From: Trueperaceae bacterium | GTDB lineage: Bacteria; Deinococcota; Deinococci; Deinococcales; Trueperaceae | Direction of reading: 5' to 3' | Assembly: GCA_965213925.1 (NCBI GenBank) | Contig: OZ243927.1 | Location: 160,001-224,000 of the forward strand | DNA: 64,000 nt | Part shown: positions 12,176-21,910 of the stretch, one piece after another | Layout of the letters: each line of letters starts with the position of its first letter | Position numbering within the stretch: position 1 is the first letter of the stretch | Notes under the pieces: generated by a model | Told to the model about the DNA's origin: nothing | Seen by the model: only the letters and a program-made list of their open reading frames with translations | Database searches by the model: none | Translations under genes and position numbers: made by a program

Positions 12176-13021
12176 TTACCCCTTGACCGCCCCCGCCGTG
12201 AGCCCGTCAACAATGCGCCCTTGGAAAATCAGTACGAGCGCCACGAGCGGAATGGTTACAATCACCGCCGCCGCCATAATCTCGCCGAAGGGCTCTTGAC
12301 GTGAGACCTCCCCCGAAAAGAGCGCGATGGCAACGGGTACGGTTCGAGATTCAGGCGCTGTAACAGTAAAGGTCAGCGCGAAGAGGTATTCGTTCCACGC
12401 CTGGATAAAGGCTAAAAGCCCCGTCGTCACGAGCGCAGGAGCCGTCAGCGGTAAGAGCACCCGCCAGAAGGTCTGCATCATGTTCGCCCCGTCGACTTGC
12501 GCCGCTTGTAAGAGCGAGTCGGGCAGTCCTCTAAAGAACGAGGTCAAGACCCACACCGTGAAGGGCAATGTAAAGAGCATATACGACAAAATCATACTGA
12601 AGATCGGCGGCAACGAGAGGAGGCGAATCACCGCGTAAAGCCCCGCCAATACCGCGATTTGCGGAAACATGGTCATTGCCAAGATGACGTACAGAGAGGG
12701 CGACTTGCCGCGGAAGCGCATCTTGCCTAAGGCGTAGCCCGCGAAGGAGCCGACCAAAAGGCTCAGCACGGTGACGGAAAAAGCGACGATAGTGCTGTTT
12801 AAGAGCCCGCGCAAGAAGTCACCGCTTTGCAACACGGCTTGAAAGTTCTGCAGCGTTGGGTTGTGCGGATAGTACGTGGTGGGCGTGCGAATCAGTTCGC
12901 TCTCCGGTTTCAGCGCGGAGATCGTCGCCCAGTAAAAGGGGAACATCAGGTAGACGAAGATAATGAGAATGAGCAGCCAGAAAAAGATGCTGCCAATCAC
13001 TTTGCGTGTCTCTTTGCTCAT
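12176..13021 (-). CDS. Carbohydrate ABC transporter permease (MalG/ThuG-like)
   Basis: EAA-type loop LLQAAQVDGA; ends GLTAGAVKG. Confidence 0.92.
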   Translation of the reverse strand: MSKETRKVIGSIFFWLLILIIFVYLMFPFYWATISALKPESELIRTPTTYYPHNPTLQNFQAVLQSGDFLRGLLNSTIVAFSVTVLSLLVGSFAGYALGKMRFRGKSPSLYVILAMTMFPQIAVLAGLYAVIRLLSLPPIFSMILSYMLFTLPFTVWVLTSFFRGLPDSLLQAAQVDGANMMQTFWRVLLPLTAPALVTTGLLAFIQAWNEYLFALTFTVTAPESRTVPVAIALFSGEVSRQEPFGEIMAAAVIVTIPLVALVLIFQGRIVDGLTAGAVKG

Positions 13022-14127
13022 GAGTCCTCAACTCCAAACGCGCGGGTATAGGCAATAGCAAAACCGAAGATGATGACGAAGATCACTACGCTCGCCGCCG
13101 ACGAAAGCCCGACTTGCTGCTGATTGATGAGCACGTCCTGGGCGTAACTCGCCATCGAGTAGCGCTGCCGCCCTAAGACCACCTGGAAAGCGTCGAAGAC
13201 GCGGAGGGCGTCCAGCGTGCGGAAGATGAGCGCGACGGCTAAAGTCGGCGCTACGAGTGGCAAGGTGATGGAGAAAAACTGCCGAACCGGGCTCGCGCCG
13301 TCCACTCTGGCGGCTTCGTAGAGTTCTTTAGGGATGGTCGCGAGACCTGCTAGGAGGAGCAGCGCCATAAAAGGCGTTGTCTTCCATACGTCCATCGCGA
13401 TCATGCTAGGAATTTGCCAGGTGGCGTCCTGGAAAAAGCCGATGTTACGCTCTGTCCAGCCCATATCTTGAAAAAAGGCGTTGAAAAAACCTGCGCGGGT
13501 GGACTGAAGCATCCATTCCCAAATACGCGCCGAGACGACGGTAATAACCGCCCAAGGCACGAGCATCGCCGCTCTCATAATGCCCTGTCCGACAAACTTG
13601 ACGGATAGTGCGAGCGCGATGATCATCCCTAAGACCGTCTCGAAAAACACTGAACCTACGGTGAACACGATCGTGTCCCACGTAGCGCGGATAAAGGCGG
13701 CGTTGGTTGCACCTAACGTATAGCGGTTGCCGAAGAGGTTAAATGCACCTACCGCGTCGTAGCGGCGGTTGGTGTCAAGGCGGCGCAAGAAGATGCGCTC
13801 GTTTTGGTACTCGACGTTGCCGTCTTCGTCTCTCACCACGCTGCCGTCGTCGTTCGTTTCGGCAGGGACTTGACGAAAGGTCACGCTTAAGAGATTGCTG
13901 TAGTTTTGGAATCCGACGAACTCTCCTTGGGCGCTGTCCCCTGCGGCGAAGCGCTGGTTGGTGAAGCTCGAGACGAACACCTGTCCCAGCGGGTAGATGC
14001 CGATGAGGAGCAGCACGATGAAGGTCGGGACCAGGAGCCACATCGCTGTGCGCTCTTCGCGCTTGGCTAACTCTGAGGTTCCGCCCTTAGACTTAGGCTG
14101 CTTCACAACCGTTACTTGTTCAGCCAC
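13018..14127 (-). CDS. Carbohydrate ABC transporter permease (MalF/ThuF-like)
   Basis: DVWKTTPFMALLLLAGL, ELYEAARVDGA. Confidence 0.92.
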   Translation of the reverse strand: MAEQVTVVKQPKSKGGTSELAKREERTAMWLLVPTFIVLLLIGIYPLGQVFVSSFTNQRFAAGDSAQGEFVGFQNYSNLLSVTFRQVPAETNDDGSVVRDEDGNVEYQNERIFLRRLDTNRRYDAVGAFNLFGNRYTLGATNAAFIRATWDTIVFTVGSVFFETVLGMIIALALSVKFVGQGIMRAAMLVPWAVITVVSARIWEWMLQSTRAGFFNAFFQDMGWTERNIGFFQDATWQIPSMIAMDVWKTTPFMALLLLAGLATIPKELYEAARVDGASPVRQFFSITLPLVAPTLAVALIFRTLDALRVFDAFQVVLGRQRYSMASYAQDVLINQQQVGLSSAASVVIFVIIFGFAIAYTRAFGVEDS

Positions 14128-14169
14128 GAAAATACCTCCTTTTTAGATAGCATTCATCTTACCTCTAAA

Positions 14170-14204
14170 AACAAACCGAACTGAGCATTGCGCCCAGTTC
14201 GGTT
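14170..14204 (-). terminator. Stem-loop after the binding-protein gene
   Basis: AACCGAACTG..CAGTTCGGTT with a T-rich tail on the minus strand. Confidence 0.6.
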
Positions 14205-14239
14205 CTCAAAGCGTTTAGTTTACCACGCCGCACACGCTG

Positions 14240-15535
14240 TTACTGCGCTGAGCCAGTCTCGGTTTGCGGCTCACCCGTCTCAAACCCTGTGAGGTCTTGC
14301 AAGTCGAGCGCGAGCAGCTCTAGCGCTACGTCCGCCTCTTCGTTACCGGTTAAGACGTTATGCACAGCCGTGAAGAACTGGCGCGAGACTTCGTTGTACT
14401 GGTCACCCGTGGGAGCCGAAGGACGCGCCACGGCGTTCGTGAAGACGTCTAAGAGGCTACCGAAGAAGGGCACAGCTTCTAAAACTTCTTGGTCTTCGTA
14501 GAGCGCAGGAATCGTGGGGTTAAAAGAACCCTCGATCGCGCGAAGCTTCTGCGCCTCTTCTGAGGTGAAGAATTTGGCGACGTCCACAGCGGCCTCGATG
14601 TTGGTGCTGTAGCGCGAAACGCCCAAGTTCCAACCGCCTAACGTTGCGGCGGATTGACCGTTCTCACCAGCGGGCAGAGGGGACACGTCGAACTGCCCGG
14701 CGATGGGGCTATCGTCCGCGTTCATGATGCTGTAGGCGTAGGGCCAGTTACGCATAAAGACGGCGTTGCCTGCTTGGAAGAAGTTGCGCGCGTCCTCTTC
14801 AGCGAAGCCCGTCACGCCTGTAGGGGAGATGGTGCCGACCCACTCGGCGGCGCGGCTAATAATGTCTACAGCAGCGGGGTTGTTGATGGTGATAACCTGA
14901 TCGGGGCTGATGATCTGCCCGCCACCTACTGACTTAACCCACTCTAAAGCGTCGCAGGTAAGACCTTCATACGAGTTACCTTGCCAAACAAAGGCGCTAA
15001 AGTCTTGGTTGTCCTGGCGCTCGCCCTCTTGAATCGTGTTGGACATCTCCTCTAACTCGGTCCAGGTCTGTGGCGGGCCGTCGAAGCCGTACTCTTCTAG
15101 GAGGTCTGTGCGGTAGTAGAGAAGACCGGCGTCGGTGAACCAAGGGATCGCGACAAGCTGGTCATCCACCGTGTTCGCCTCGACGATAGCGGGAAAGTGC
15201 TGGTCAGCAATCTCCTGCACGCCCTCGTAGTCGTAGAGGTTGACGAGGTGCTCAGCGAGCTGACCGGGCCAGATCACGTCGAGCTGCATCACGTCGATAT
15301 CGGGCGACTGCGCTTCGAAAATCTGGAGGTACTGCGCGAAGCGGTCATCGGTGGAGTCCGGCGTCTGAATGATCTCCACGGTAACGTCCGGGTTTTGCTC
15401 CATATACATCTGTGCGAGCTGGCGGCTGAGTTCTAGCTCTTGACCGACCGAGCCGCCTGCTACGCGAATGGTTTGCGCTTGGGCGGTGCCGAAAAGCAGA
15501 CCTAGCGAGAGAAGGGCTAACAACACTTTCTTCAT
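14240..15535 (-). CDS. Trehalose/maltose-type ABC substrate-binding protein
   Basis: Signal peptide; DVIWPG, PWFTDAGLLYYRTDLL, YEGLTCDALEW, FMRNWPYAY. Confidence 0.9.
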   Translation of the reverse strand: MKKVLLALLSLGLLFGTAQAQTIRVAGGSVGQELELSRQLAQMYMEQNPDVTVEIIQTPDSTDDRFAQYLQIFEAQSPDIDVMQLDVIWPGQLAEHLVNLYDYEGVQEIADQHFPAIVEANTVDDQLVAIPWFTDAGLLYYRTDLLEEYGFDGPPQTWTELEEMSNTIQEGERQDNQDFSAFVWQGNSYEGLTCDALEWVKSVGGGQIISPDQVITINNPAAVDIISRAAEWVGTISPTGVTGFAEEDARNFFQAGNAVFMRNWPYAYSIMNADDSPIAGQFDVSPLPAGENGQSAATLGGWNLGVSRYSTNIEAAVDVAKFFTSEEAQKLRAIEGSFNPTIPALYEDQEVLEAVPFFGSLLDVFTNAVARPSAPTGDQYNEVSRQFFTAVHNVLTGNEEADVALELLALDLQDLTGFETGEPQTETGSAQ

Positions 15536-16052
15536 CTTTCACCTCTTTCTGTGACTTCAAAGCGACTATAGCAAGCAGACCCCAATGCCGAACGTGGCGT
15601 GCTCAGGTACAGCGTTATACGTGTTGGTACACTGCATGTAGACAGTAACCAGCATAGCTGATAGTGAGTTTTGAGCAGGGCGCACGCCTGCTTATCGTCG
15701 TTTGATAACAGAAGCGTAACATTTTGCTCATGTTGCTTGCAAGCCGCGAAAGGCGACGATTAAGGGAATTTCACGCGAACTGTAAGGTGTGAGGGTATAG
15801 ATGAGAAAGCTAAAGATGCCCCTGAGCAGTGTGAAGTGAAGATGAATAGGTCTATCTACACTTTTATTTAGGGGCTCCTACAACGGTGCAAAAAACACCT
15901 CGAGCCTTATCCCAGCTCATTACTTCAGACTAGGTAACTCTTAGAGCGTCCAGGCATTTTAGTTAGAAAGACGTCTTCTCTGCAGCGAGCAGAGTGTGAA
16001 GTGTTGCACTTGAAAGGTGATTCGAGCTGGTCTATCCAAACTCATCTCAGGC

Positions 16053-17150
16053 TTACAGCGAGCGTCCTAAGAGGCGCGTGACGGTCTGTTGCAGCTCGAG
16101 TTCGGCAAAAGGATTTTCTAAAACCGTCGCTTTAGGGCGGCGTAAACGCTGCATGAATCCGTGCTCTTCCCCGCTCAACACCACGGCGGGTAGATGTTTG
16201 AGCCCCGTATGTTGGCGGAGCGCTTTCACGAGCGGCCACGCGCTCGCCGCTTCACCTCTAACGTCGCCCGCGTCATATAAAATGAGCGCTTTCGGGCGGC
16301 GCTCTTGCACCGCGACGAGACCGCGCTCGGGGCTCATCGACTGCACAAAATAGGTCTTGAGTGCCACACGGCGCAGCGCCAGACGCATCAGACGCCCCGT
16401 CAGATTATCCGCCGAGAAGAGAAGCACCGGGGGCGGCTGCGCTTCGGCTTCGTCAGGGCGAACTGCGCCGCATTCCTCCAACTTATAGAGAAGATGATAA
16501 ACCTGTCTTTCAGGTAGCTCCACCTCAGCGGCGATACTCGCCGCGCTCCGCTTGCCGTCCACGTAACCGAGCACCTCCCAGTCCCATTCGGAGAGTCCCA
16601 ACTTCGTCGGGTCGCCCGCCTTGTGGAAGACGGTCTTCTCGCTCACGCGCTCCGTGGTCCAGTCGCCGAGCCGCTTGCTGATCTCCATGAAGAGCTGCAT
16701 GATGTCAGTGGAATCGGTTGTCAGCACCTGCGAGGCTAAGAGCGAGCGCTCTTCGAAGGAGAACGTACACGACTTCCAGGTAATGAGTTCTATAAAGACC
16801 TCGATCATCTGCATCTCCAGGGCGCGTTGCAGTTCAGCGTCCTCTAAAAGCCCGAGCCCTAGCGCGTTGAGCCCCAAGCTGCTGCTACTAATGTCACCCT
16901 CATAGCCCTCATACCGCGCCGCACGCTGCACCTCTTGCATCGTGGCGAGGTTCATCCGCACTAAGACCTCACCTAAGTGCACGCCGGGGACGAGGTGCGC
17001 GAACTGCACCCGTCCCATTTCAAAATGCACCCGAGCCCTGGCATGAGGCTGTTTAACCGTCAGGATGCCGGACTTCTGCCCCGTCGCGATGAGCTGGCAG
17101 ACGTCCATCACAGAGCCTTTGGTCAGTTCGCCCTTTATAGCAGGTGTCAA
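16053..17150 (-). CDS. DUF4388 (PatA-N-like) domain protein with degenerate C-terminal receiver-like domain
   Basis: IKGELTKGSVMDVCQLIATGQKSGILTV; HLGEVLVRM; C-terminal receiver-like segment. Confidence 0.75.
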   Translation of the reverse strand: MTPAIKGELTKGSVMDVCQLIATGQKSGILTVKQPHARARVHFEMGRVQFAHLVPGVHLGEVLVRMNLATMQEVQRAARYEGYEGDISSSSLGLNALGLGLLEDAELQRALEMQMIEVFIELITWKSCTFSFEERSLLASQVLTTDSTDIMQLFMEISKRLGDWTTERVSEKTVFHKAGDPTKLGLSEWDWEVLGYVDGKRSAASIAAEVELPERQVYHLLYKLEECGAVRPDEAEAQPPPVLLFSADNLTGRLMRLALRRVALKTYFVQSMSPERGLVAVQERRPKALILYDAGDVRGEAASAWPLVKALRQHTGLKHLPAVVLSGEEHGFMQRLRRPKATVLENPFAELELQQTVTRLLGRSL

Positions 17151-17480
17151 GGTCTGTCTCCCTTTAGTCGGAACTGGTTCAAGTCAAACTCACTCGAGAG
17201 ACCACAGACGAACGCACAGGCTCGGTGACGATACTTGCGAGGCGCGAGCTTAGTAAAGACGAAGAACCCTCTATCACAGTAGTGTCCAGTTTAGGAGGGT
17301 AACAGGTGAAAATGAGCGAGATTTCTCTCTTTGAGCTTAGAAACTCTAGTCTTTAGCCCCAAATGTCCGAATAATCTCTTCGAACCATCATCCTTGCAGG
17401 CTTTATTTTATGCCCGCAATCAAACCGCTAACGCAGCCTATTCGTAAAGGTCTTTTCACCCTAATAGGCACAACCCTCCG

Positions 17481-18509
17481 TCAATCCTTCTCGCCCTCAT
17501 TCTCATCTGAAGGTTCGTCAAACTCGAATAAGTCGCGTTGGTCGCTCCCGCTGTAAGAGTAGCCGAGATGGTCATAAGCATTCTTCGTGGCGATTCTGCC
17601 TCTCGAGGTGCGCTTGATAAACCCGAGCTGAATCAAGAAGGGCTCGTAGACCTCTTCCAAGGTCGCTTGGTCTTCACCAATCGCCGTAGCGAGCGTACCG
17701 AGACCTACGGGTCCGCCTGCAAACTTGCAGATCATCGTCTCTAAGATGAGGCGGTCACGCGTATCTAAACCAAGGTCGTCGATGCCGAGTTCATTGAGCG
17801 CGTGCTGCGCTCTCGCCAGCGTGACGACCTCTTCGCCCGCCACTTGCGCAAAGTCGCGGACGCGGCGTAAGAGCCTTTTGGCGATGCGCATCGTCCCTCT
17901 TGCGCGGCGTCCTATCTCCAACGCGGCAGCAGGCTCTAAAACAAAGCCCATGATTTCGGCGTCCCGCGTCACCCCCTGCGCGAGTTCTTCGGTGGTGTAG
18001 TACTCTAAATGCTCCAAAATCCCGAAGCGGCTGCGCATCGGACCCGTGATGAGACCGGGGCGCGTGGTTGCGCCGACTAACGTAAAACGCGGTAAGTCGA
18101 GGCGGATGGTGCGAGCGGCGGGACCTTGTCCTAAAATGATATCCACCTTGAAATCTTCCATCGCCGGGTAGAGGTGCTCCTCGGCGACGCGCCCTAAACG
18201 GTGAATCTCGTCGATGAAAAGCACGTCGTTTTCGTCGATGGCATTCGTTAAGATAGCAGCTAAGTCGCCGGGTTTCTCAATCGCGGGACCGCTCGTCGTG
18301 CGGATGCCCACGCCGAGTTCGTAGGCGATGATGTGCGCCAAGGTCGTTTTGCCGAGCCCAGGGGGACCGTAGAGCAAGACATGGTCCAAGGCTTCGCCGC
18401 GATTTTTGGTCGCCTCCAAGTACACCTTCAACTTCTCTTTGAGTTTATCTTGCCCTACGTAATCCGCTAACTTGCGGGGTCTATTCGCGCCGTCGCCGTC
18501 CATGCTCAT
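17481..18509 (-). CDS. ruvB: Holliday junction branch migration helicase RuvB
   Basis: [44 protein letters not shown]. Confidence 0.98.
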   Translation of the reverse strand: MSMDGDGANRPRKLADYVGQDKLKEKLKVYLEATKNRGEALDHVLLYGPPGLGKTTLAHIIAYELGVGIRTTSGPAIEKPGDLAAILTNAIDENDVLFIDEIHRLGRVAEEHLYPAMEDFKVDIILGQGPAARTIRLDLPRFTLVGATTRPGLITGPMRSRFGILEHLEYYTTEELAQGVTRDAEIMGFVLEPAAALEIGRRARGTMRIAKRLLRRVRDFAQVAGEEVVTLARAQHALNELGIDDLGLDTRDRLILETMICKFAGGPVGLGTLATAIGEDQATLEEVYEPFLIQLGFIKRTSRGRIATKNAYDHLGYSYSGSDQRDLFEFDEPSDENEGEKD

Positions 18510-18608
18510 GAGGTTAGATTACCACGAGTCATACAAGTTTCTGGGCGTTCGAGTGACTAAAATACCTTAGATATACCTTAAAATGTGATTTCGAGTAGCG
18601 CTTCTGAC

Positions 18609-18835
18609 TACAGCGTTAAATAAAAAATGAGGTATGTCATTCTGAACTAGGTTAGAGCAAAGCTCAGTAGGCTCTTAGCCTTGACCTGTGGAGCGAAGCG
18701 GAGCCCTTACAGGATTGGTTTCGCCCGATGAAAGAATCTCTGACGTTGCTGACTCCTCTGACTGAGATTGAAAGGCGAGACCCCTCGACTTCGCTCGGGG
18801 TGACAACAGTGATGTAAAACTTACTTAACGCTGTA
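18609..18835. repeat. MITE/REP-like element family B, copy 1
   Basis: Terminal IR TACAGCGTTAA/TTAACGCTGTA; core GTCATTCTGA..AAGAATCTC..GAGACCC..CTCGGGGTGAC shared with 53884-54040. Confidence 0.7.
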
Positions 18836-18899
18836 CTGACAAAAGTTCCGAAAGAATATCAACTCAAGATTTGCTGTAAAGAGGTTGCGCGAACGGACA

Positions 18900-20534
18900 T
18901 CAATCGTAAGCGGGGGCGACTTGGGCTCGAGGATAAACCCTCACACTAGCTTCAACGCTCTCCTCTTCGTCTAAAACTTCGAAGTCATCTTCGAGAAAGC
19001 GGACGCGAACAGTTTTATGCCCCAAGTCGTACCTCACCTCGCCTACGCCTACATGCTCTGTCGCGTTGGGCGTCGCCATAAAGGGGGTACGCACTTCGTT
19101 CAGGTAGCGCCACTGCACCTTCTCGGGGAGGGGTTGCAAAACGTCTCGGTAGAGTTTCGTCTTGTGGAGCGCCACGTCCACCCACACGCGGCTGCGCCAC
19201 CTGACGAACACATAAAGCGCCTGCACCGACGTGCCGATAACCAGTGACCACCACACGCCCTGCACGCCGAAGCCCAACACGATAGCGAGCACATAAGCGA
19301 GCGGCACGACCACGAGCCAACGCCCGATAATCGTTCCAACCAAGCCGGGGCGTGTATCTCCTGCGCCGCGCAGCGCGCCGTTGATGACCATCGCGACTGC
19401 CAACACAGGTTGAAAAAGCGCATTGATGCGGATGTACGACGCGCCCGCCGAGACCACCGTCGGGTGTGCGCTCGGCTCGAACAAGACGACGAGTTGCGGC
19501 GCGAACAGAAAGAGCGGCACCGCCATCCCCGACATGACCAGTGCGCCGAGGAGGAGCGCCAAGTTACCCCTCAGCCTCGCGTCACCAAGCTGCCACGCGC
19601 CCAGCGACTGCCCCACTAAACTCGTCGCCGCGACGCTCAGCGCGATGCCCGGCATAAATGCGAACGACTCGACTTGTAAGCCAATCGCTAGCGCCGCCGC
19701 GCCGTACGTCCCCGCCGCCGTCGAGGTCACGATGCGCATCACAAAGAGCTGCGCCGCGTTGCGCGCCACTCCTTGCAAGCCTGAAGGGATGCCGATAGCG
19801 AGAATGTCCCGAAACATCGAGAGGTCAGGCAGATACGAACCGGGCAGAATCTTGACGACGTTCTTACCTGAATATAAGAGGTAAAGACCGATGCCTACGG
19901 CTAACATCCTCGCGAGAATCGTTCCCAACGCCGCCCCGTCGAGCCCAAACGCAGGCAGCGGACCGGGACCGAACATCAACCCGTAGCTGAGCAAAATATT
20001 GAACAGGTTCGTGACGCCGCTCAGGTAAAGCGGTGTCACCGTGTCACCCGCGCCTTGCATAAGGCTGTTGATGGCGAAGTTGCCCGTGAGAAAAACAGTG
20101 CCGACGAAGAGGATTTGTAGATAACTCGTCCCGAGCGCCACCGCTTCGGGGTTGCCGCCGCTGTTCAAGAAGGTCAGCAGCGGCTCGGCAGCGAAATAGC
20201 CGAAAACGCTCAGCGTCAGCGCGAGAATCGTAGTGAGTAAGAGCGACTGCTTAGCGACGAAGGAGAGTTGGGCGGGGTCACGCGAGCCCTTCGCCTGCGC
20301 CGCGAGCGCCATCGCGCCCGCCGTGACCGATAAGATACCGATAAAGACGAGCATTCGCAGCGTCGTCGCCATGCCGACCGCCGCCACCGACACCGGACCC
20401 AAGCGTCCCGCCATGAAGACGTCTACGATGTTGACGAGGCTCTGCAACAAAAAGGTCAGAATGACAGGTAGGGAAAGCCGCCACACCTGGTTGATAATCG
20501 GCAAATAGCGTTGGAAAGAGGTGGGCAGGAACAT
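18900..20534 (-). CDS. MATE-family efflux transporter with C-terminal soluble extension
   Basis: About 12 hydrophobic segments; QGAGDTVTP and RGAGDTRPG repeats. Confidence 0.9.
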   Translation of the reverse strand: MFLPTSFQRYLPIINQVWRLSLPVILTFLLQSLVNIVDVFMAGRLGPVSVAAVGMATTLRMLVFIGILSVTAGAMALAAQAKGSRDPAQLSFVAKQSLLLTTILALTLSVFGYFAAEPLLTFLNSGGNPEAVALGTSYLQILFVGTVFLTGNFAINSLMQGAGDTVTPLYLSGVTNLFNILLSYGLMFGPGPLPAFGLDGAALGTILARMLAVGIGLYLLYSGKNVVKILPGSYLPDLSMFRDILAIGIPSGLQGVARNAAQLFVMRIVTSTAAGTYGAAALAIGLQVESFAFMPGIALSVAATSLVGQSLGAWQLGDARLRGNLALLLGALVMSGMAVPLFLFAPQLVVLFEPSAHPTVVSAGASYIRINALFQPVLAVAMVINGALRGAGDTRPGLVGTIIGRWLVVVPLAYVLAIVLGFGVQGVWWSLVIGTSVQALYVFVRWRSRVWVDVALHKTKLYRDVLQPLPEKVQWRYLNEVRTPFMATPNATEHVGVGEVRYDLGHKTVRVRFLEDDFEVLDEEESVEASVRVYPRAQVAPAYD

Positions 20535-20775
20535 AGGTTGACCCTAACGCCGCCGCACGGATCGGGATGTGAGCCATAAGGCGTTAGGTTTTTGACTCTC
20601 GAGCCTCTTAATCATTCGTCCACCAACGCGAACGGCGTAGGAGAAGATGCGCAAGCGTTCAACGTCACCTGCAGCATATTAAGGGAATGAATTTGGATGA
20701 AAATGGCACAGAGAAGTCTTTCTCTCATTTTCGATCTTTTATCTTCTATTCATCCTGGGTTATGCTGATGCGCAG

Positions 20776-21807
20776 ATGCAACTAAGACTCGACCCCTGGG
20801 CTGCCGAATACAACACCGCCTATTTCGCCGAAGAGACGACGCCCGAAGAGACCACGCATGTCTACCCACATGTCGAAGCGGACACGTGGCGTCCCATCTC
20901 GCCGAAAGCTTCCGAAAGCCTCTATGGAGACCTCTTCTTCACCGACGGCAGCCGCCGCGTAGAGGCAAGGGTTTTGCTCGAGGACGAACGCAAACAGATC
21001 GCTTTTGGAGCGATTGGAACCTTTGGTATCGGCGTAGTGAGCTGCTGCTCGAGGCATTCGCGCAAGGCGTGTTTCGTGGATTTGGAGCGAGAGGTCAACG
21101 TGCGCGGCGTGCGACGTATTTGCACGCTGAGTGGTGGACATAGCCTGGCGAGCTTCGATGTGGTTTCAGCGCTGAAAGGTCAACTCGGTCAGCTTAACTA
21201 CACGGTTGTATCAACAGAAGAACGCGACGCCGACGCGGTGGTGCGCCGTATTCAGTTTGAGATGCTGAACGCGGAAAGGGCGTTAGCCTCGAGCCTCACC
21301 GACTGCTTTCCCAATGGTCTCATCCTCACCGATGGTCCTAGACCGCGCATCGGCAACGTGCCAAATGTGGTGGGTTACATCAAAACGCACCACACGCTGC
21401 CGCTGGAGAATGAGCATCTCGAGGTCGTCCGCAATTTGGAAGAGGGTCAGCGTTCACCGCTTTACCTCATCAGTAGCGGCGATAAGAGCCAAAAGGTCTT
21501 CGAGTGGTTTTTGCGCCTCCGCGACCCGCGCCCCTGGCTCTACTCCTTCGCAGGCATCGTCCGCTTGCAAGCCTACGCAGGCTCACACCCCGAAGAAACT
21601 CTGGAGCGCGTCTGCCACCTCGCCGACTGGCTCAGCACCCTTTTGCCCCGCTTCGCCACTCGTCAACACCAAGACCCACGTGCGCCGCAGCAGCTTTTGC
21701 CCGTGCGGGCGCTCGAGGCCGAACTCGGGCGGCGGATGGGGAATGCGCAGATTGTGAGGCGGCGCATCGCTCAGTACATTAGCCAGCAACAAAGAGCAAC
21801 GAGTTGA
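20776..21807 (+). CDS. nurA: NurA-family 5'-3' nuclease
   Basis: FFTDGSRR, LILTDGPR, VVGYIKTH, DPRAPQQLLPVRALEAEL; upstream of herA. Confidence 0.85.
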   Translation: MQLRLDPWAAEYNTAYFAEETTPEETTHVYPHVEADTWRPISPKASESLYGDLFFTDGSRRVEARVLLEDERKQIAFGAIGTFGIGVVSCCSRHSRKACFVDLEREVNVRGVRRICTLSGGHSLASFDVVSALKGQLGQLNYTVVSTEERDADAVVRRIQFEMLNAERALASSLTDCFPNGLILTDGPRPRIGNVPNVVGYIKTHHTLPLENEHLEVVRNLEEGQRSPLYLISSGDKSQKVFEWFLRLRDPRPWLYSFAGIVRLQAYAGSHPEETLERVCHLADWLSTLLPRFATRQHQDPRAPQQLLPVRALEAELGRRMGNAQIVRRRIAQYISQQQRATS

Positions 21808-21895
21808 AAGGACTGAGGACTGAGGTGAAAGTGAAAATCTCTTTTCTCTCAGTCCTCAGTCCTTTTCTCTTGCTTTTATCTCAGTCCTTTTCTCT
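21807..21895. repeat. AGGACTG/CAGTCCT heptamer palindrome, copy 1
   Basis: aaaggactgaggactgagg..ctcagtcctcagtcctttt; related copy at 36703. Confidence 0.7.
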
Positions 21896-21910
21896 AACTT
21901 TGGAGATGGC

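Noticed and set aside
18562..18583. 11-12-bp direct repeats (ATACCTTA x2 here; also near 32249 and 59434) as regulator sites
   Set aside because: Two copies each with different sequences; cannot be told from chance or slippage.
20759..20777. RDRM/DdrO box upstream of nurA (TTATGCTGATGCGCAGAT); also checked ruvB
   Set aside because: Half-site spacing does not fit the 17-bp motif as I recall it; better read as a -10 (TATGCT). Nothing convincing at ruvB.
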